Shown: positions 30,624 through 41,543 of the stretch, piece after piece
Position numbering within the stretch: the first letter of the stretch is position 1
Layout: the number at the start of each line of letters is the position of its first letter
From: Candidatus Omnitrophota bacterium
GTDB lineage: Bacteria; Omnitrophota; Gorgyraeia; Zapsychrales; Zapsychraceae
Direction: 5' to 3'
Length of the DNA stretch: 64,000 nt
NCBI GenBank assembly: GCA_015233115.1
Contig: JADFYJ010000010.1
Span: 5,083 to 69,082, forward strand
Translations under genes and position numbers: made by a program
Notes under the pieces: model-generated
What the model was told of the DNA's origin: nothing
What the model saw: only the letters and a program-made list of their open reading frames with translations
Databases searched by the model: none

Positions 30624-31282
30624 TATTGTGAGGTAGTTACCGTCGTAGTTGTGGTTGTGGTACTCGTCCCTTTCGGTAAATACATTGTAATGGAACGGGC
30701 CCATTGTTTTCCATCTTTAACCACAAATTCAATCTTGACGACATTACCCGGCTTCAGGTTTAATTGAACAGGCTGGCTGCTAGGACTTTGCATGACGATA
30801 ATATCTTTAGGTTCAAAAGCGAATGAAGACAGACTATTTTCGCCCTCTTCACCTGCGCCTGGTCTCTCTGTCAACGTCAATGTTCCAGCCGCAAGATCTA
30901 TGGACTGAATTGCGCCATAGGCTATTTGAAATTCAGATGTGGTTCTGGGTTCCGTCGTAATTTTTTGGACAATCTTCTCTTCTTTCCCATAAATCACATC
31001 AACTGTCACATGTTGTCCCGGCTGTAAGTCCTTAATTGAAAGAAACTTCTTATCCGACGGATCTGTAACGCGCGTTTCATTCTCGGTAATTCGGTACTCG
31101 CTTATTTCACCCTTGTTAGGAGGCGCGTCTTTAAGCTGCAGTTTGCCGAGCTTAGTATCTATCCAGGTGATTTCTCCTGACACGTGATGCACAGACTCAT
31201 TCGCTGCCGCGCATATAGAAACTCCAGTCAATAACACCCCAGCCGTAACCGCAAAAAACATTTTAAAATAATTTATGTTCAT
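30623..31282 (-). CDS. Secreted protein with two beta-rich (OB-like) repeats
   Basis: Signal peptide; two G.I..ID...G.L...L.PG..V repeats; Thr-rich tail. Confidence 0.6.
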   Translation of the reverse strand: MNINYFKMFFAVTAGVLLTGVSICAAANESVHHVSGEITWIDTKLGKLQLKDAPPNKGEISEYRITENETRVTDPSDKKFLSIKDLQPGQHVTVDVIYGKEEKIVQKITTEPRTTSEFQIAYGAIQSIDLAAGTLTLTERPGAGEEGENSLSSFAFEPKDIIVMQSPSSQPVQLNLKPGNVVKIEFVVKDGKQWARSITMYLPKGTSTTTTTTTVTTSQ

Positions 31283-31302
31283 AGTCTTTTCCTTTCTTTT
31301 TA

Positions 31303-31563
31303 TTAGAACTTTAATTTAACTTGGCCTTCCCCTTTATCCTGAGCTTTATCCGCGTTCTTTTTTGTTTCTATCTCATTTTTAGCTCTAGTCTCTTTGTTCT
31401 CTTGATTGTTGATCACATCCCCATCGGTGTTTATTTTTCCATTGTCGCCTGTCTGCTCATTCACTGATCCCTTAGGATCTAGCACCCTCATCTCATCAGC
31501 AAAAACTAACACCGAAGTAGAAAACAATAAAACTGCTGTAATAATCATGAATGGCTTGTTCAT
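31303..31563 (-). CDS. Small secreted hypothetical protein
   Basis: Signal peptide and RBS. Confidence 0.6.
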   Translation of the reverse strand: MNKPFMIITAVLLFSTSVLVFADEMRVLDPKGSVNEQTGDNGKINTDGDVINNQENKETRAKNEIETKKNADKAQDKGEGQVKLKF

Positions 31564-31584
31564 TTCTTTCCCCTTTCTTACCCC

Positions 31585-32205
31585 TTACCGCCCATACAAA
31601 GCCCGTAATTGCTCGACGGATGGCATGTTAGGATAATATTCGCCCTGCGGGCCGATAAAACCACTTCCCGACCTTTTTATATTGACTGCCGTATACCCGC
31701 CTCGTGAGTTAGGAATATTTATCGTCAAATAATCCGCAGATTGTTGCATGTGTGGTGAGCCCTGAACAGGCGGTTGAACAACAATATACGAGCCATCAGG
31801 TAATTGCTGATAGTACACATTTTTGTCATAGTAGTAAGAATCATTATCAACAACAACAGTTGTGTGCCGAGGCGGCAAAGACTCTACTAAAGCTCCAATG
31901 ACGAGACCAGAAACCGCAAATTCCCATCCAAACCAACCCCTTTTGTACCACCGGCCCTCACGGTAGTGATACCGCTCTCCATGATTATATTGCCGGTTGT
32001 TTTCCCGGCTGATTCCCCGGTTATCCCGATTATCCGCCCGCTTAACGCCCCACTGGTCTTGTCGGTTATTATCTTTTTGGTCTTCTCGATCATTTTCCTT
32101 TTGGTTTCCGCGGTTGTCATGACTCTGCGCCAAAACACCCGAACATGACAAGGTCGTTGCCAAAACAAAAATTAAAAACACTCTACCCTTTATATTATAT
32201 TTCAT
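31585..32205 (-). CDS. Secreted protein, DUF6515-like
   Basis: Signal peptide; IGALVESLPPRHTTVVV...YYY...VYY...YIVVQPP. Confidence 0.65.
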   Translation of the reverse strand: MKYNIKGRVFLIFVLATTLSCSGVLAQSHDNRGNQKENDREDQKDNNRQDQWGVKRADNRDNRGISRENNRQYNHGERYHYREGRWYKRGWFGWEFAVSGLVIGALVESLPPRHTTVVVDNDSYYYDKNVYYQQLPDGSYIVVQPPVQGSPHMQQSADYLTINIPNSRGGYTAVNIKRSGSGFIGPQGEYYPNMPSVEQLRALYGR

Positions 32206-32216
32206 TTTTTTCTCTC

Positions 32217-32843
32217 CTATTGTTTCCCCAGGTTGTCCGAAGCAAAATTCCAATTGATTAATTTATCCAAAACAGCCGTCACATAATCTCCCCGTAAATT
32301 TTGATAGTCCAGGTAATACGCGTGTTCCCACACATCAATGGTTAATAGCGGCTTCATGCCCTTGACCAGCGGCAAATCCGCATTACTGGTTTTAACCACC
32401 TTAATTTTTCCTCCATCCACGACCAGCCATGCCCAACCGCTGCCGAACTGAGTTGTTGCCGCAGTCGCCAACTCTTTTTTGCAAGCTTCTAATGTACCGA
32501 AAGATTCTTCGATTTTTTGATGTAATGCGGAAGATGGTTTTCCTCCGCCCTTTGGGCTCAAACTCTTCCAATAAAACGCATGATTCCAGGCCTGCGCGGC
32601 ATTATTAAAAATCGGAGCCTTATCAATTTTACCGGCAGTTTCAGTTATAATTTTTTCTAGCGGCATATCTGAAAATTCTGCTCCCGCCACAAGTTTATTT
32701 AAATTATCGACGTAGGCTTTATGATGTTTACCATAGTGAAAACTCATTGTTTTTGCTGAAATAATCGGCTCTAACGCATTTTCCGGGTAAGGCAAAGCCG
32801 GCAAAACATGCAAATATTTATTTTCTGCGTTTTTATCATTCAT
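32217..32843 (-). CDS. sodB: Fe/Mn superoxide dismutase (Fe-type signature)
   Basis: [39 protein letters not shown]. Confidence 0.93.
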   Translation of the reverse strand: MNDKNAENKYLHVLPALPYPENALEPIISAKTMSFHYGKHHKAYVDNLNKLVAGAEFSDMPLEKIITETAGKIDKAPIFNNAAQAWNHAFYWKSLSPKGGGKPSSALHQKIEESFGTLEACKKELATAATTQFGSGWAWLVVDGGKIKVVKTSNADLPLVKGMKPLLTIDVWEHAYYLDYQNLRGDYVTAVLDKLINWNFASDNLGKQ

Positions 32844-32945
32844 GGTCTTCTCCTTATGCTACTGGCTCACCACGGCGTTGATCCAGGGGTTCTTGTATGT
32901 ATTTTAACGATAAATTTAATTTTAAAAATTGGCTACATCAGCTAT

Positions 32946-35900
32946 TCATTGACTATTTTCCGCTATCATTCGAACCTCTACTCGGTGATCTTGATGATCA
33001 TCAATAAGTTCGATCATTTTATTCTCTTGTAGATGGCCATCTACTAAGACCCCAGCCAGACCGCTTCCCAGCAGGATCTGTGAAACTTCAATGTGATACA
33101 ACGTATCTCGATAACGGTAATGTATTTTGAATGTTTTCCATTCCGGAGGAAGACAGGGTTCTATTGATAATTGATTCACATTTAATCTTAAGCCCAAAAG
33201 AAACTCCAGGAGTAATCGGTACATCCAGCCCGCTGACCCGGTATACCAGGTCCAACCGCCGCGGCCCACATGAGGAGCAACCGCGTAAACATCTGCCGCA
33301 ACCACGTAAGGCTCCACTTTATATATATTAATTTCTTCCAAAGATTTTCCGTGATTGACGGGATTGATCATATCCAGAAGTTCCCAAGCCATACGGCTAT
33401 CCCCAAGCCGGGCAAAAGCCATAGCCGCCCAAATGGCCGCATGAGTATATTGCCCGCCATTTTCCCTCACACCTGGAACATAGCCCTTGATATAGCCCGG
33501 GTTCATTCCAGATTTATCGAATGGCGGATCAAGCAGTTGAATAATCTGTGTATCCCGGTGGACCAAACGCTGATTAAGAGACGTCATGGCCTTCCGGCCG
33601 CGGTCAGGATCAGCTGCCCCAGAAAGAACAGACCAGCTTTGCGCGATAGAATCAATCTGGCATTCAGAATTACCTGCTGACCCCAGAAGGGCCCCATCAT
33701 CAAAATACGCGCGTCTGTACCATTCTCCGTCCCACCCGTTTTTCTCAATATTTTGCTTTAGTTGAATCAATTGAGCGCGGCAAATTTCCACAAAAGCACT
33801 ATCATCGCGCAGCTGGGCCATTTTAATAAATTGCGTCAACACATCATAAAGAAAAAATCCTAACCAAACACTTTCCCCCTTACCCTGCTGTCCGACACAA
33901 TTCATTCCGTCATTCCAGTCACAGGAACCCATGAGGGGTAATCCATGTTGCCCGATACTCAAACTTTTAATAATAGCCCGCTGGCAATGCTCATACAAAC
34001 TCACTTTTTCAGATGACTGTTTGGGCAAATCGTAATACGAATCTTCCTCTACGGTAACCATCCGACCGCGCAAAAAAGGAACCAACTCATCTAAGACACC
34101 CGTATCCCCTATGCTCAGGACATAATGGCACGTAGCGTATACTAACCAAAGATAATCATCTGAACAATGGGTGCGAACGCCTCTTCCCGAGGGAGGATGC
34201 CACCAGTGTTGGACATCACCTTCGAGGAATTGATGGGACGCGCACAAAAGTAAATGTTCGCGCATGAGGCGCGGTTCGCAATGGTTCAAAGCCATTACAT
34301 CCTGTAACTGATCTCGGAAACCAAACGCCCCGCCGGATTGATAATAACCGCTGCGCCCCCAGAGACGGCAGGCCAAAGTTTGATAAATCAACCAGCCGTT
34401 GGCCAGGACATTGAGCGATGAATCAGGTGTCTCTACCTGCACAGCACCAATCGTATGTGTCCAGTACTTATTCACAGCGTCTAAAGCTTCCTGCGCCCCC
34501 GATGACCCGCAAAAATTCCGCACCAGATTTTTGACCTGCTCAACATTGTGACCCGCTCCCAGAGTAAAAACAATTTCACGTTCTTCTCCATCCGCTAACT
34601 CAAACGGAACCTGAATCGCGGCGCAGGGATCTAAGGCCGAACCCGTTCGTCCAGAAAGATGAGCCCGTAATAACGCGTCCGGCTTATGAATTGATCCATT
34701 GCGCCCTAAAAATTCCGCTCGATCCGCGCATATGGTCCGGCCCATATCATTGGTCGAAAAAAACGCGATGATGTCAGAAAACTCCGAATTGTAAAAATTT
34801 CGGGCATAAATCGCTCCGTTTATAGGATCCACTTCCGTATGGACATGCATGACGGTCTTGGATCTCAAATCTCCCAGCACCCATTCCACATAACCTGTGG
34901 CAGAAAGCCGGCGAGGCCGTCCAGAAATATTCCGTATTTTAAGAACCGAAAATTTGACCGGTGACTCTAGCGCCACATAAACCCATAACTCTGAATGAAG
35001 CCCTCCTTCATCATGCTCAAAAACACTATAACCAAATCCGTGACGAATCAGATACGGGTGCCGGGAATGCACTGGTTGAGGCGCCGGAGACCAAACCTGC
35101 CCAGTTTCTTCATCCCGTAAATAAAAAGCCTCTCCCGTTAAATCGTTCACCGGATCATTATTCCAGGGACTCAAACGAAATTCATGAGCATTCTCGCTCC
35201 ACGTATAGGCCAATCCATTCTCGGAAATAATGGTGCCGAAATGCGCGTTCGCTAACACATTGACCCATGGGGCTGGAGTCACTTGATCTGATGAAAGACA
35301 AATGACATACTCTCGTCCATCCGGAGTAAACCCTCCTAATCCATTGAACAAAATTAAATCATGCCGCGTTTCACCCAAAGATGGGGCGATTGCCGGACGG
35401 AACGTTTTAACAGGAATAAACTGCTCAACAGGAAATTCACTAAAATTATGGCGATAAATTTGATTGGCCAATGTTCCCCTGCGGTCTGAAATAATGGCCC
35501 GAGCAACAGACTGAAACAAAATACGTTCTTCGTCGGATATTTGTTCAGCGGGCCGCACGAATATCTCGCCGGAATTATGCGCAATTTGAGACTGAACAGT
35601 CGCGCTAATCAATCCCATAATTTGTTCCTGTAATAACTGCCGATAACCCGAAAGAGCTTCATTCCAGATCACCAAATCAACAGCGAGCCCTTTTAACCGC
35701 CAATACGCGTGAGCCTGCACCATCTGCCTGACTATTTCAACATTGGCCAAATCTCCAATTTGCAAAATCACCATGGGCAGGTCACCAGAAATGGCCGATC
35801 CCCACAACCCGCTTTGACCACGGCGATTTTGAATAAGCACAGCAGGGTCCGCCCGGAGTGATGCATGGGCATAAATAATAAAACCCGCCAGATGCCCAAA

Positions 35901-38900
35901 AAGCTGGGCATCGGTTTCTGTCGCGTTGATCTGCCGCAAAACCACCTGACTGTGAGTCCAGGACAATTCAAAAACGCGGTCCGCGATACGCCAATCATGA
36001 TATTTTTCAATCAAACTTAAAGCTTTATCGCGCGTTTCACCCATGCCGTAAACCATATTAATAATAACGGTCTGTTCCGGTTCAAGGGACATCTGACCAC
36101 GGATCACTGTCACTGGATCCAGCACGGAGCCCTGGCTCCCGGAAAGATCATGAGACTGAGTCATTGCGTAAGGTTCAGCCAGATTATAACCGCGTCCGAT
36201 AAACTGCATACGGTCAGTTTCATAGGATACCTTTTGAATTTCAGCGTCATGCACGGACATTAAATGAAACATCCATGGCTCCTGTTCAGTAACAGACCTG
36301 GGACGACGAGAACACAAGATAGCCTGCTTTGATTTGATAATTTCAGTCTGCACAAAAAGATTACTAAACATTGGATGTAAGGCATCGGCCATATCCGGAG
36401 CCAGCACCACTTCTGAATAACTGGTCACCTCAATCACCCTCCTGCCCCGGGAACGATTGGTGATCCGCACTCGCCGCAGTTCTATATCATCTTCCGGTGA
36501 AACCACAATTTCCACATGAGTCTCCAATCCATAATCCCGCCGACGGAATTCGGCGCGTCCTTGTGAAAAAATAACTTCATAATTTTCCGGCTGTTTATGC
36601 GTGGGTTGATAGGCCGTCGACCAGAATTTTCCGCTTGCTATGTCGCGAATATAACAAAACACGCCCCAATTATCGCAAGTGGTGTCTTCCCGCCAACGGG
36701 TTACAGCCATATCCTTCCAGCGGCTGTAGCCTCCGCCCGCATTTGTTACCATGACATGATACCGGCCATTAGACAATAACTGTACTTCCGGAACCTGTGT
36801 ATGGGGACTTTTAAGTATGCGAACTGGCGACTGGGTTTCAGCGGCCAGCGCGCGAATATTGGAAAGTTCATTGACGTGAATATAAAATGGGATACTCTTA
36901 GGAATTCTCTCTTGAAGCAATAACATGTTAGCCTGAAAAAGCGGATCAGCTCTGAATCGTTTTTGCATAGGATGATCTAATAATACATATGCTAGAGCAA
37001 GTAAGCTCATCCCTTGATGGTGAGCCAAAAATGACCGGAGTATCGTACTCGACCTACCCCTCACCCGGCGTGATGGTGTATAATCAACCGCTTCATATAG
37101 ACCATACTGGCCCATCATCCCTTCACACGCTAGACGCTGTAAATTGAGACAAGCCGGTTCAGGCGTCACCATCAACGCCAGCAATGAAGCATAAGGCGCT
37201 ATAACCAAGTCTTCTGTTAATCCGCGCTTAAATCCTAATCCAGGAACACCAAACGCGCGATACTGGTAATTGAGATTCGCATCAATGGCATTATACCCAG
37301 ATTCCGAAATACCCCAAGCGACCCCAAACTGTTTTCCGTATTCAATTTGTCTTCCTACCGCGGCTTGATAAGTCTGTCCCAGCAGAGTATTTTCATACGT
37401 TGGCATGACCACCAACGGCATCAAGTATTCAAACATCGAACCGCTCCACGACAAAAGAGTTGGTTTTCCGCCGGAGGTAGTTAACAAACGTCCCAGGGCA
37501 AACCAGCTTTCCGAAGGCACTTGTCCCTGAGCGATCGCGGTAAAATAACATAATCTCGCTTCTGACGCCAAAAGATCATAAAATCCTGAATCTAATTTAC
37601 GTTCTTCCGAATAGTATCCTATAGATAACAATTTCCGTTTTACATCATAAAGAAAATCGTACTCCATCTGAGCAAAATCACCGGCTTGCCTAACTAAACG
37701 TTCAATATCGCTGATTCGTTTCAAAGCACGAGTACTTATCTCGCCTTCAACTTTTGTCAGCTCCCTAAGTGTTGGTATGCCCGTAATACCCGAATAATTT
37801 TTCGGAACCAAAAAGATTAAATCATCGAGTATATGCCGACATTGCTGAACCAGCTTTTGGGTCCACTCGATTGCTTCGGCCTCTGCGGATAGAGAAATTT
37901 TTGTATGAAATTCTTCGGCGTGCTGACCGAACGCTTCAAGCCACAATCGTACCTGCTCGAGTGTAGCCGGTTTAAATTCGTCAGCCGACTCTAAATCTTT
38001 TTCCAATTGATGAGTTGAAAACAAATTCATATCACCTATTGAATCCACCAAAACCAAAAACGTATCTTTCAAACTTTCCAGCCATCGCTCTCCTAAAATT
38101 TTGTCATCGCATAGAGCCAATAGTCCGGGCCGTAATGTCAAAAGAAAACCCGCCAGGTTGCCGCTGTCAACTGTTGAGATGTAGTTAGGAAGAAGCGGCT
38201 GCAAAGATTGTGTATCATACCAATTAAAAAAATGTCCGCGAAAACGTTTTAGCCCTGCCATGGAACGAAACGTATTTTCAGTTCGTTCCAGTAGCCTCTG
38301 CGCTGTCATGATACCAAAATCATACGCTGACAAATTAGCTAAAAGAGCCAGGCCGATATTGGTGGGTGAGGTGCGGTGTGAAATTTTAATCATCCGGGTT
38401 TCCTGGTAGTTATCAGGAGGAAGCCAGTGGTCTTCCTGCCCGACAAAGGTCTCAAAAAAATCCCAAATTTTCCGGGAAAGTTTTCGCAGAAAAAATAGTT
38501 GATTAGCGCTTAGTTTTACTTCCCTGCGGGGCATAAGCCGGCTGAGCCACCAGACACAAGCCGGTGATACCGCCCACAACAATAAAACAGGTCCGGCGAA
38601 CATCAAAGTGTGTGGCGCTGATCCGGCCAAATAAATAAACACCGAAACTGCTGTCACAGGAGCAATCCACATTAAAAGGAACGACCGAATCAAATCATTG
38701 CTGTCCCCATCCGTATCCGCATACAAATTCCATTCCAGAAACCGTTTATGAGTAATCAGCATCCGCACGACCGTACGCACGATCGCATCCAAAGTAAAAA
38801 AAGCTTCATAAGGAAGACATGCAACAGTAAAAGCCCTTTGAGCCAAACGCCCAGCCGCGGCCCGGAAGACTGTTTTTAAATGCTGTTTCCAGAAAACATC

Positions 38901-41543
38901 TTTCGACTTGTGTAATGCGTCTAAAAAGGAAATAAGCAGAGGAGGAAAAAATATCATTTCAAATACGACACACGTCCAATGCCAAGGCGAAGGAATAATC
39001 GTCCAACTCATCAGCAAAAGGGCTATTAACGCAAATGGCACTAGACTACGCCTTAAATTATCAAAAATTTTCCATTGCGACAAAAATGATAAAGTATTTT
39101 TCTGCTTGTGCCCGTCAGATGACGGAACTTTGGACCACAACCAGCCTAATAATTGCCAATCTCCGCGGATCCAACGGTGCCGACGCCTAACATCTGTACT
39201 GTAACGGAAAAGATTTTCCTCGTACAATTCGACGTTACTCAACAGTCCGGAACGGGCATAACATCCTTCCCAAAGGTCATGGCTCAAAATCTTACCTTCA
39301 GGAAACCGTCCTTTGCACGCCCTTTCAAAAATATCCAAATCATAAATCCCTTTGCCGATAAATGAACCTTCCCCAAACAGATCCTGGTAAACATCCGAAA
39401 CCGTACGGGTATAAGGATCTATCCCCGGCTCACCTGCGTATAACCTCGCGTAAAAGGACCGATTCGCTCCTGCCAGGCTGGTACTCACCCGCGGCTGAAG
39501 TATTCCGTAGCCTTCGCAGACACATTGTTTCTGCTCGTCATAACGGGCGCGGTTTAAAGGGTGCGCCATGGTTTCTACCAGCTGACGAGCACAATCACGG
39601 GGTAATTGCGTATCTGTATCCAAGGTAATGATATATTTAACATTTTTCAATACCGCCAAATCACCTACGATGAGTAAAAATTTTTCCTGGGAGCCTCCGC
39701 GCAGCAGGCCATTTAAATCCGCTAATTTCCCGCGTTTACGTTCATATCCCATCCAAATGCCTTCACAAGGATTCCAGCTCCGTGGCCGGTGGAACAGAAA
39801 AAAAATATCAGGCCTGCCTTTTTTATATTTACTGTTAAGCTCTACAATTTTTTCCTGGGTTAATCGTAGAAGCGCATCGTCATCAGGCATAGTTTCTTGA
39901 GGCGCGTCCTGAAAGTCAGTTAATAATCCAAAATGTAATTGTTCATCCTGATTAGCCAAAAACCTCACTTCCAAGGCTTCGATAAGCCGCTCTATGTTCT
40001 GTGAACTTGTGAGCATGGTGGGCACAACTATTAAGGTAAGAAATTCCGACGGAATTCCTTTCGAAAAATCCATACGCGGCAATACCTGCGGCTTGACCAT
40101 TGACATGGCCATGTAGTTGACTAGCTCTAAGGCCAATTGACTCATGGCGACAATTAAAAAAACGCCAAAAGCCGCAGCTTTCCATGCCATAACATTCATG
40201 CCATAGAGATGGATCCAAAGGACACCCATCCCCCAAAATGTTAACACGGCAACAGCCCCGAGATACAGCAACAAGGCAAATCGTTGCGCTAATTTATATG
40301 CTTTTTCTATGATTGAAAACTGGTTCCGTACAGCTTGTTCAAGTTGTGACAATCCTTTATCGATTAAATAAAAACCGACGTGAGCGGTCCGGTCACTGAC
40401 TCCGTTTTTCCCAGCCGCTTCACTTGCTAATTGAACCGCTTTTTGCGCCACCTCACTTTCAAAAATTCCGCTCCTTTTCGCTATGTTCTCAACCACATGA
40501 CGGTAGCGGTCACGAGTAGCAAAATCCATCTGAGCATAAAATCCGGCAGGATCTTTGAGTAAAAACTTTTCGACAATACTCATTGTCTCCACAAATTCAC
40601 GCCAATCCATCGCCGACAACAAACGAAGACTTCCGATGCTATTACTGATAGACACCTGATTAGCCGCTTGTTGTTGATTTTCTAAATTAACCAAATGCTC
40701 AATGGTTAATCCCGACTCTGCCAGCCACTGATTAATCCAGGTCAACGGTAAGGCCAAGGATGGACTATGCCCCTGTAAACGGCGGGTCAGCTCAGCCACA
40801 AAAGAGCTCGACATGGGGGGGGTTGACCGTGCCATGTCCGCGACGATTAAAACTAAAGTTTTAGGTTCTCTCGCGGCAACTTCCGCCATTTGATCCGCCC
40901 AAAAATCAGCCAAATTTTGATCCATTCTTCCCACCGTGATACGAGCAGCCACCCGCCGTAGATTTTCAATCAAGGCCAGCCGCAGCATAATAGGAATGGC
41001 CCACAACTCGCCCAAATTTAACAGGGTGACTTGCTGATAAGCCTTTATAAAATTATTCAAAATTTCCAGATCTATCCGTCCATCACCATGAGCAACCATT
41101 TCTAAAGCAATGTCATACACCCTCGGCAGGCCCTGCGAAGGACCATTCATTAATAGAGGCAATTCCCGATGATAACTTTTGGGTAAATGCCGCTTAGCCG
41201 TACGAACCTGCTCTTCGATCAAATAAAAATTATCCAGCAGCCATTCACCTGCCGGCGTACCTAAACGCTTGGCCTTAACCGCCTCAGTCAGCAAGGCATG
41301 AGTTTCCCCCAGTACCATTTCGTTTTCTGTCAGCCTGGTCAAAAGCAATAGTGAAGAACGTTCCGTCGTTAATTTATGCAACCTGGCCAGCGTTTTGCCA
41401 TATTGTTTCATCTGTTCACTGCTGAACAATTCTGAGCGCAGGGGAGGCTCTTCGCGCATATGTTTGGGGAGCAAAATTTTACCGCGCAAACGCCTTAATA
41501 AATGAGAAAAAAATATTTTGATATCTGTTAATCTTATTTTCAT
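32946..41543 (-). CDS. ndvB: Cyclic beta-1,2-glucan synthase (Cgs/NdvB/ChvB) with C-terminal GH94 phosphorylase
   Basis: 2865 aa; EWLLDNFYL, GYERKRGKL, TLDTDT, SHD..EG, RW.RGDWQ, YDLLASEARL, WGISES, GFRDQLQD, DWNDG, ENGGQYTH. Confidence 0.93.
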   Translation of the reverse strand: MKIRLTDIKIFFSHLLRRLRGKILLPKHMREEPPLRSELFSSEQMKQYGKTLARLHKLTTERSSLLLLTRLTENEMVLGETHALLTEAVKAKRLGTPAGEWLLDNFYLIEEQVRTAKRHLPKSYHRELPLLMNGPSQGLPRVYDIALEMVAHGDGRIDLEILNNFIKAYQQVTLLNLGELWAIPIMLRLALIENLRRVAARITVGRMDQNLADFWADQMAEVAAREPKTLVLIVADMARSTPPMSSSFVAELTRRLQGHSPSLALPLTWINQWLAESGLTIEHLVNLENQQQAANQVSISNSIGSLRLLSAMDWREFVETMSIVEKFLLKDPAGFYAQMDFATRDRYRHVVENIAKRSGIFESEVAQKAVQLASEAAGKNGVSDRTAHVGFYLIDKGLSQLEQAVRNQFSIIEKAYKLAQRFALLLYLGAVAVLTFWGMGVLWIHLYGMNVMAWKAAAFGVFLIVAMSQLALELVNYMAMSMVKPQVLPRMDFSKGIPSEFLTLIVVPTMLTSSQNIERLIEALEVRFLANQDEQLHFGLLTDFQDAPQETMPDDDALLRLTQEKIVELNSKYKKGRPDIFFLFHRPRSWNPCEGIWMGYERKRGKLADLNGLLRGGSQEKFLLIVGDLAVLKNVKYIITLDTDTQLPRDCARQLVETMAHPLNRARYDEQKQCVCEGYGILQPRVSTSLAGANRSFYARLYAGEPGIDPYTRTVSDVYQDLFGEGSFIGKGIYDLDIFERACKGRFPEGKILSHDLWEGCYARSGLLSNVELYEENLFRYSTDVRRRHRWIRGDWQLLGWLWSKVPSSDGHKQKNTLSFLSQWKIFDNLRRSLVPFALIALLLMSWTIIPSPWHWTCVVFEMIFFPPLLISFLDALHKSKDVFWKQHLKTVFRAAAGRLAQRAFTVACLPYEAFFTLDAIVRTVVRMLITHKRFLEWNLYADTDGDSNDLIRSFLLMWIAPVTAVSVFIYLAGSAPHTLMFAGPVLLLWAVSPACVWWLSRLMPRREVKLSANQLFFLRKLSRKIWDFFETFVGQEDHWLPPDNYQETRMIKISHRTSPTNIGLALLANLSAYDFGIMTAQRLLERTENTFRSMAGLKRFRGHFFNWYDTQSLQPLLPNYISTVDSGNLAGFLLTLRPGLLALCDDKILGERWLESLKDTFLVLVDSIGDMNLFSTHQLEKDLESADEFKPATLEQVRLWLEAFGQHAEEFHTKISLSAEAEAIEWTQKLVQQCRHILDDLIFLVPKNYSGITGIPTLRELTKVEGEISTRALKRISDIERLVRQAGDFAQMEYDFLYDVKRKLLSIGYYSEERKLDSGFYDLLASEARLCYFTAIAQGQVPSESWFALGRLLTTSGGKPTLLSWSGSMFEYLMPLVVMPTYENTLLGQTYQAAVGRQIEYGKQFGVAWGISESGYNAIDANLNYQYRAFGVPGLGFKRGLTEDLVIAPYASLLALMVTPEPACLNLQRLACEGMMGQYGLYEAVDYTPSRRVRGRSSTILRSFLAHHQGMSLLALAYVLLDHPMQKRFRADPLFQANMLLLQERIPKSIPFYIHVNELSNIRALAAETQSPVRILKSPHTQVPEVQLLSNGRYHVMVTNAGGGYSRWKDMAVTRWREDTTCDNWGVFCYIRDIASGKFWSTAYQPTHKQPENYEVIFSQGRAEFRRRDYGLETHVEIVVSPEDDIELRRVRITNRSRGRRVIEVTSYSEVVLAPDMADALHPMFSNLFVQTEIIKSKQAILCSRRPRSVTEQEPWMFHLMSVHDAEIQKVSYETDRMQFIGRGYNLAEPYAMTQSHDLSGSQGSVLDPVTVIRGQMSLEPEQTVIINMVYGMGETRDKALSLIEKYHDWRIADRVFELSWTHSQVVLRQINATETDAQLFGHLAGFIIYAHASLRADPAVLIQNRRGQSGLWGSAISGDLPMVILQIGDLANVEIVRQMVQAHAYWRLKGLAVDLVIWNEALSGYRQLLQEQIMGLISATVQSQIAHNSGEIFVRPAEQISDEERILFQSVARAIISDRRGTLANQIYRHNFSEFPVEQFIPVKTFRPAIAPSLGETRHDLILFNGLGGFTPDGREYVICLSSDQVTPAPWVNVLANAHFGTIISENGLAYTWSENAHEFRLSPWNNDPVNDLTGEAFYLRDEETGQVWSPAPQPVHSRHPYLIRHGFGYSVFEHDEGGLHSELWVYVALESPVKFSVLKIRNISGRPRRLSATGYVEWVLGDLRSKTVMHVHTEVDPINGAIYARNFYNSEFSDIIAFFSTNDMGRTICADRAEFLGRNGSIHKPDALLRAHLSGRTGSALDPCAAIQVPFELADGEEREIVFTLGAGHNVEQVKNLVRNFCGSSGAQEALDAVNKYWTHTIGAVQVETPDSSLNVLANGWLIYQTLACRLWGRSGYYQSGGAFGFRDQLQDVMALNHCEPRLMREHLLLCASHQFLEGDVQHWWHPPSGRGVRTHCSDDYLWLVYATCHYVLSIGDTGVLDELVPFLRGRMVTVEEDSYYDLPKQSSEKVSLYEHCQRAIIKSLSIGQHGLPLMGSCDWNDGMNCVGQQGKGESVWLGFFLYDVLTQFIKMAQLRDDSAFVEICRAQLIQLKQNIEKNGWDGEWYRRAYFDDGALLGSAGNSECQIDSIAQSWSVLSGAADPDRGRKAMTSLNQRLVHRDTQIIQLLDPPFDKSGMNPGYIKGYVPGVRENGGQYTHAAIWAAMAFARLGDSRMAWELLDMINPVNHGKSLEEINIYKVEPYVVAADVYAVAPHVGRGGWTWYTGSAGWMYRLLLEFLLGLRLNVNQLSIEPCLPPEWKTFKIHYRYRDTLYHIEVSQILLGSGLAGVLVDGHLQENKMIELIDDHQDHRVEVRMIAENSQ

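Noticed and set aside
32946-41543. The 2865-aa giant ORF as a novelty
   Set aside because: Size and motif order match ordinary cyclic beta-1,2-glucan synthases.
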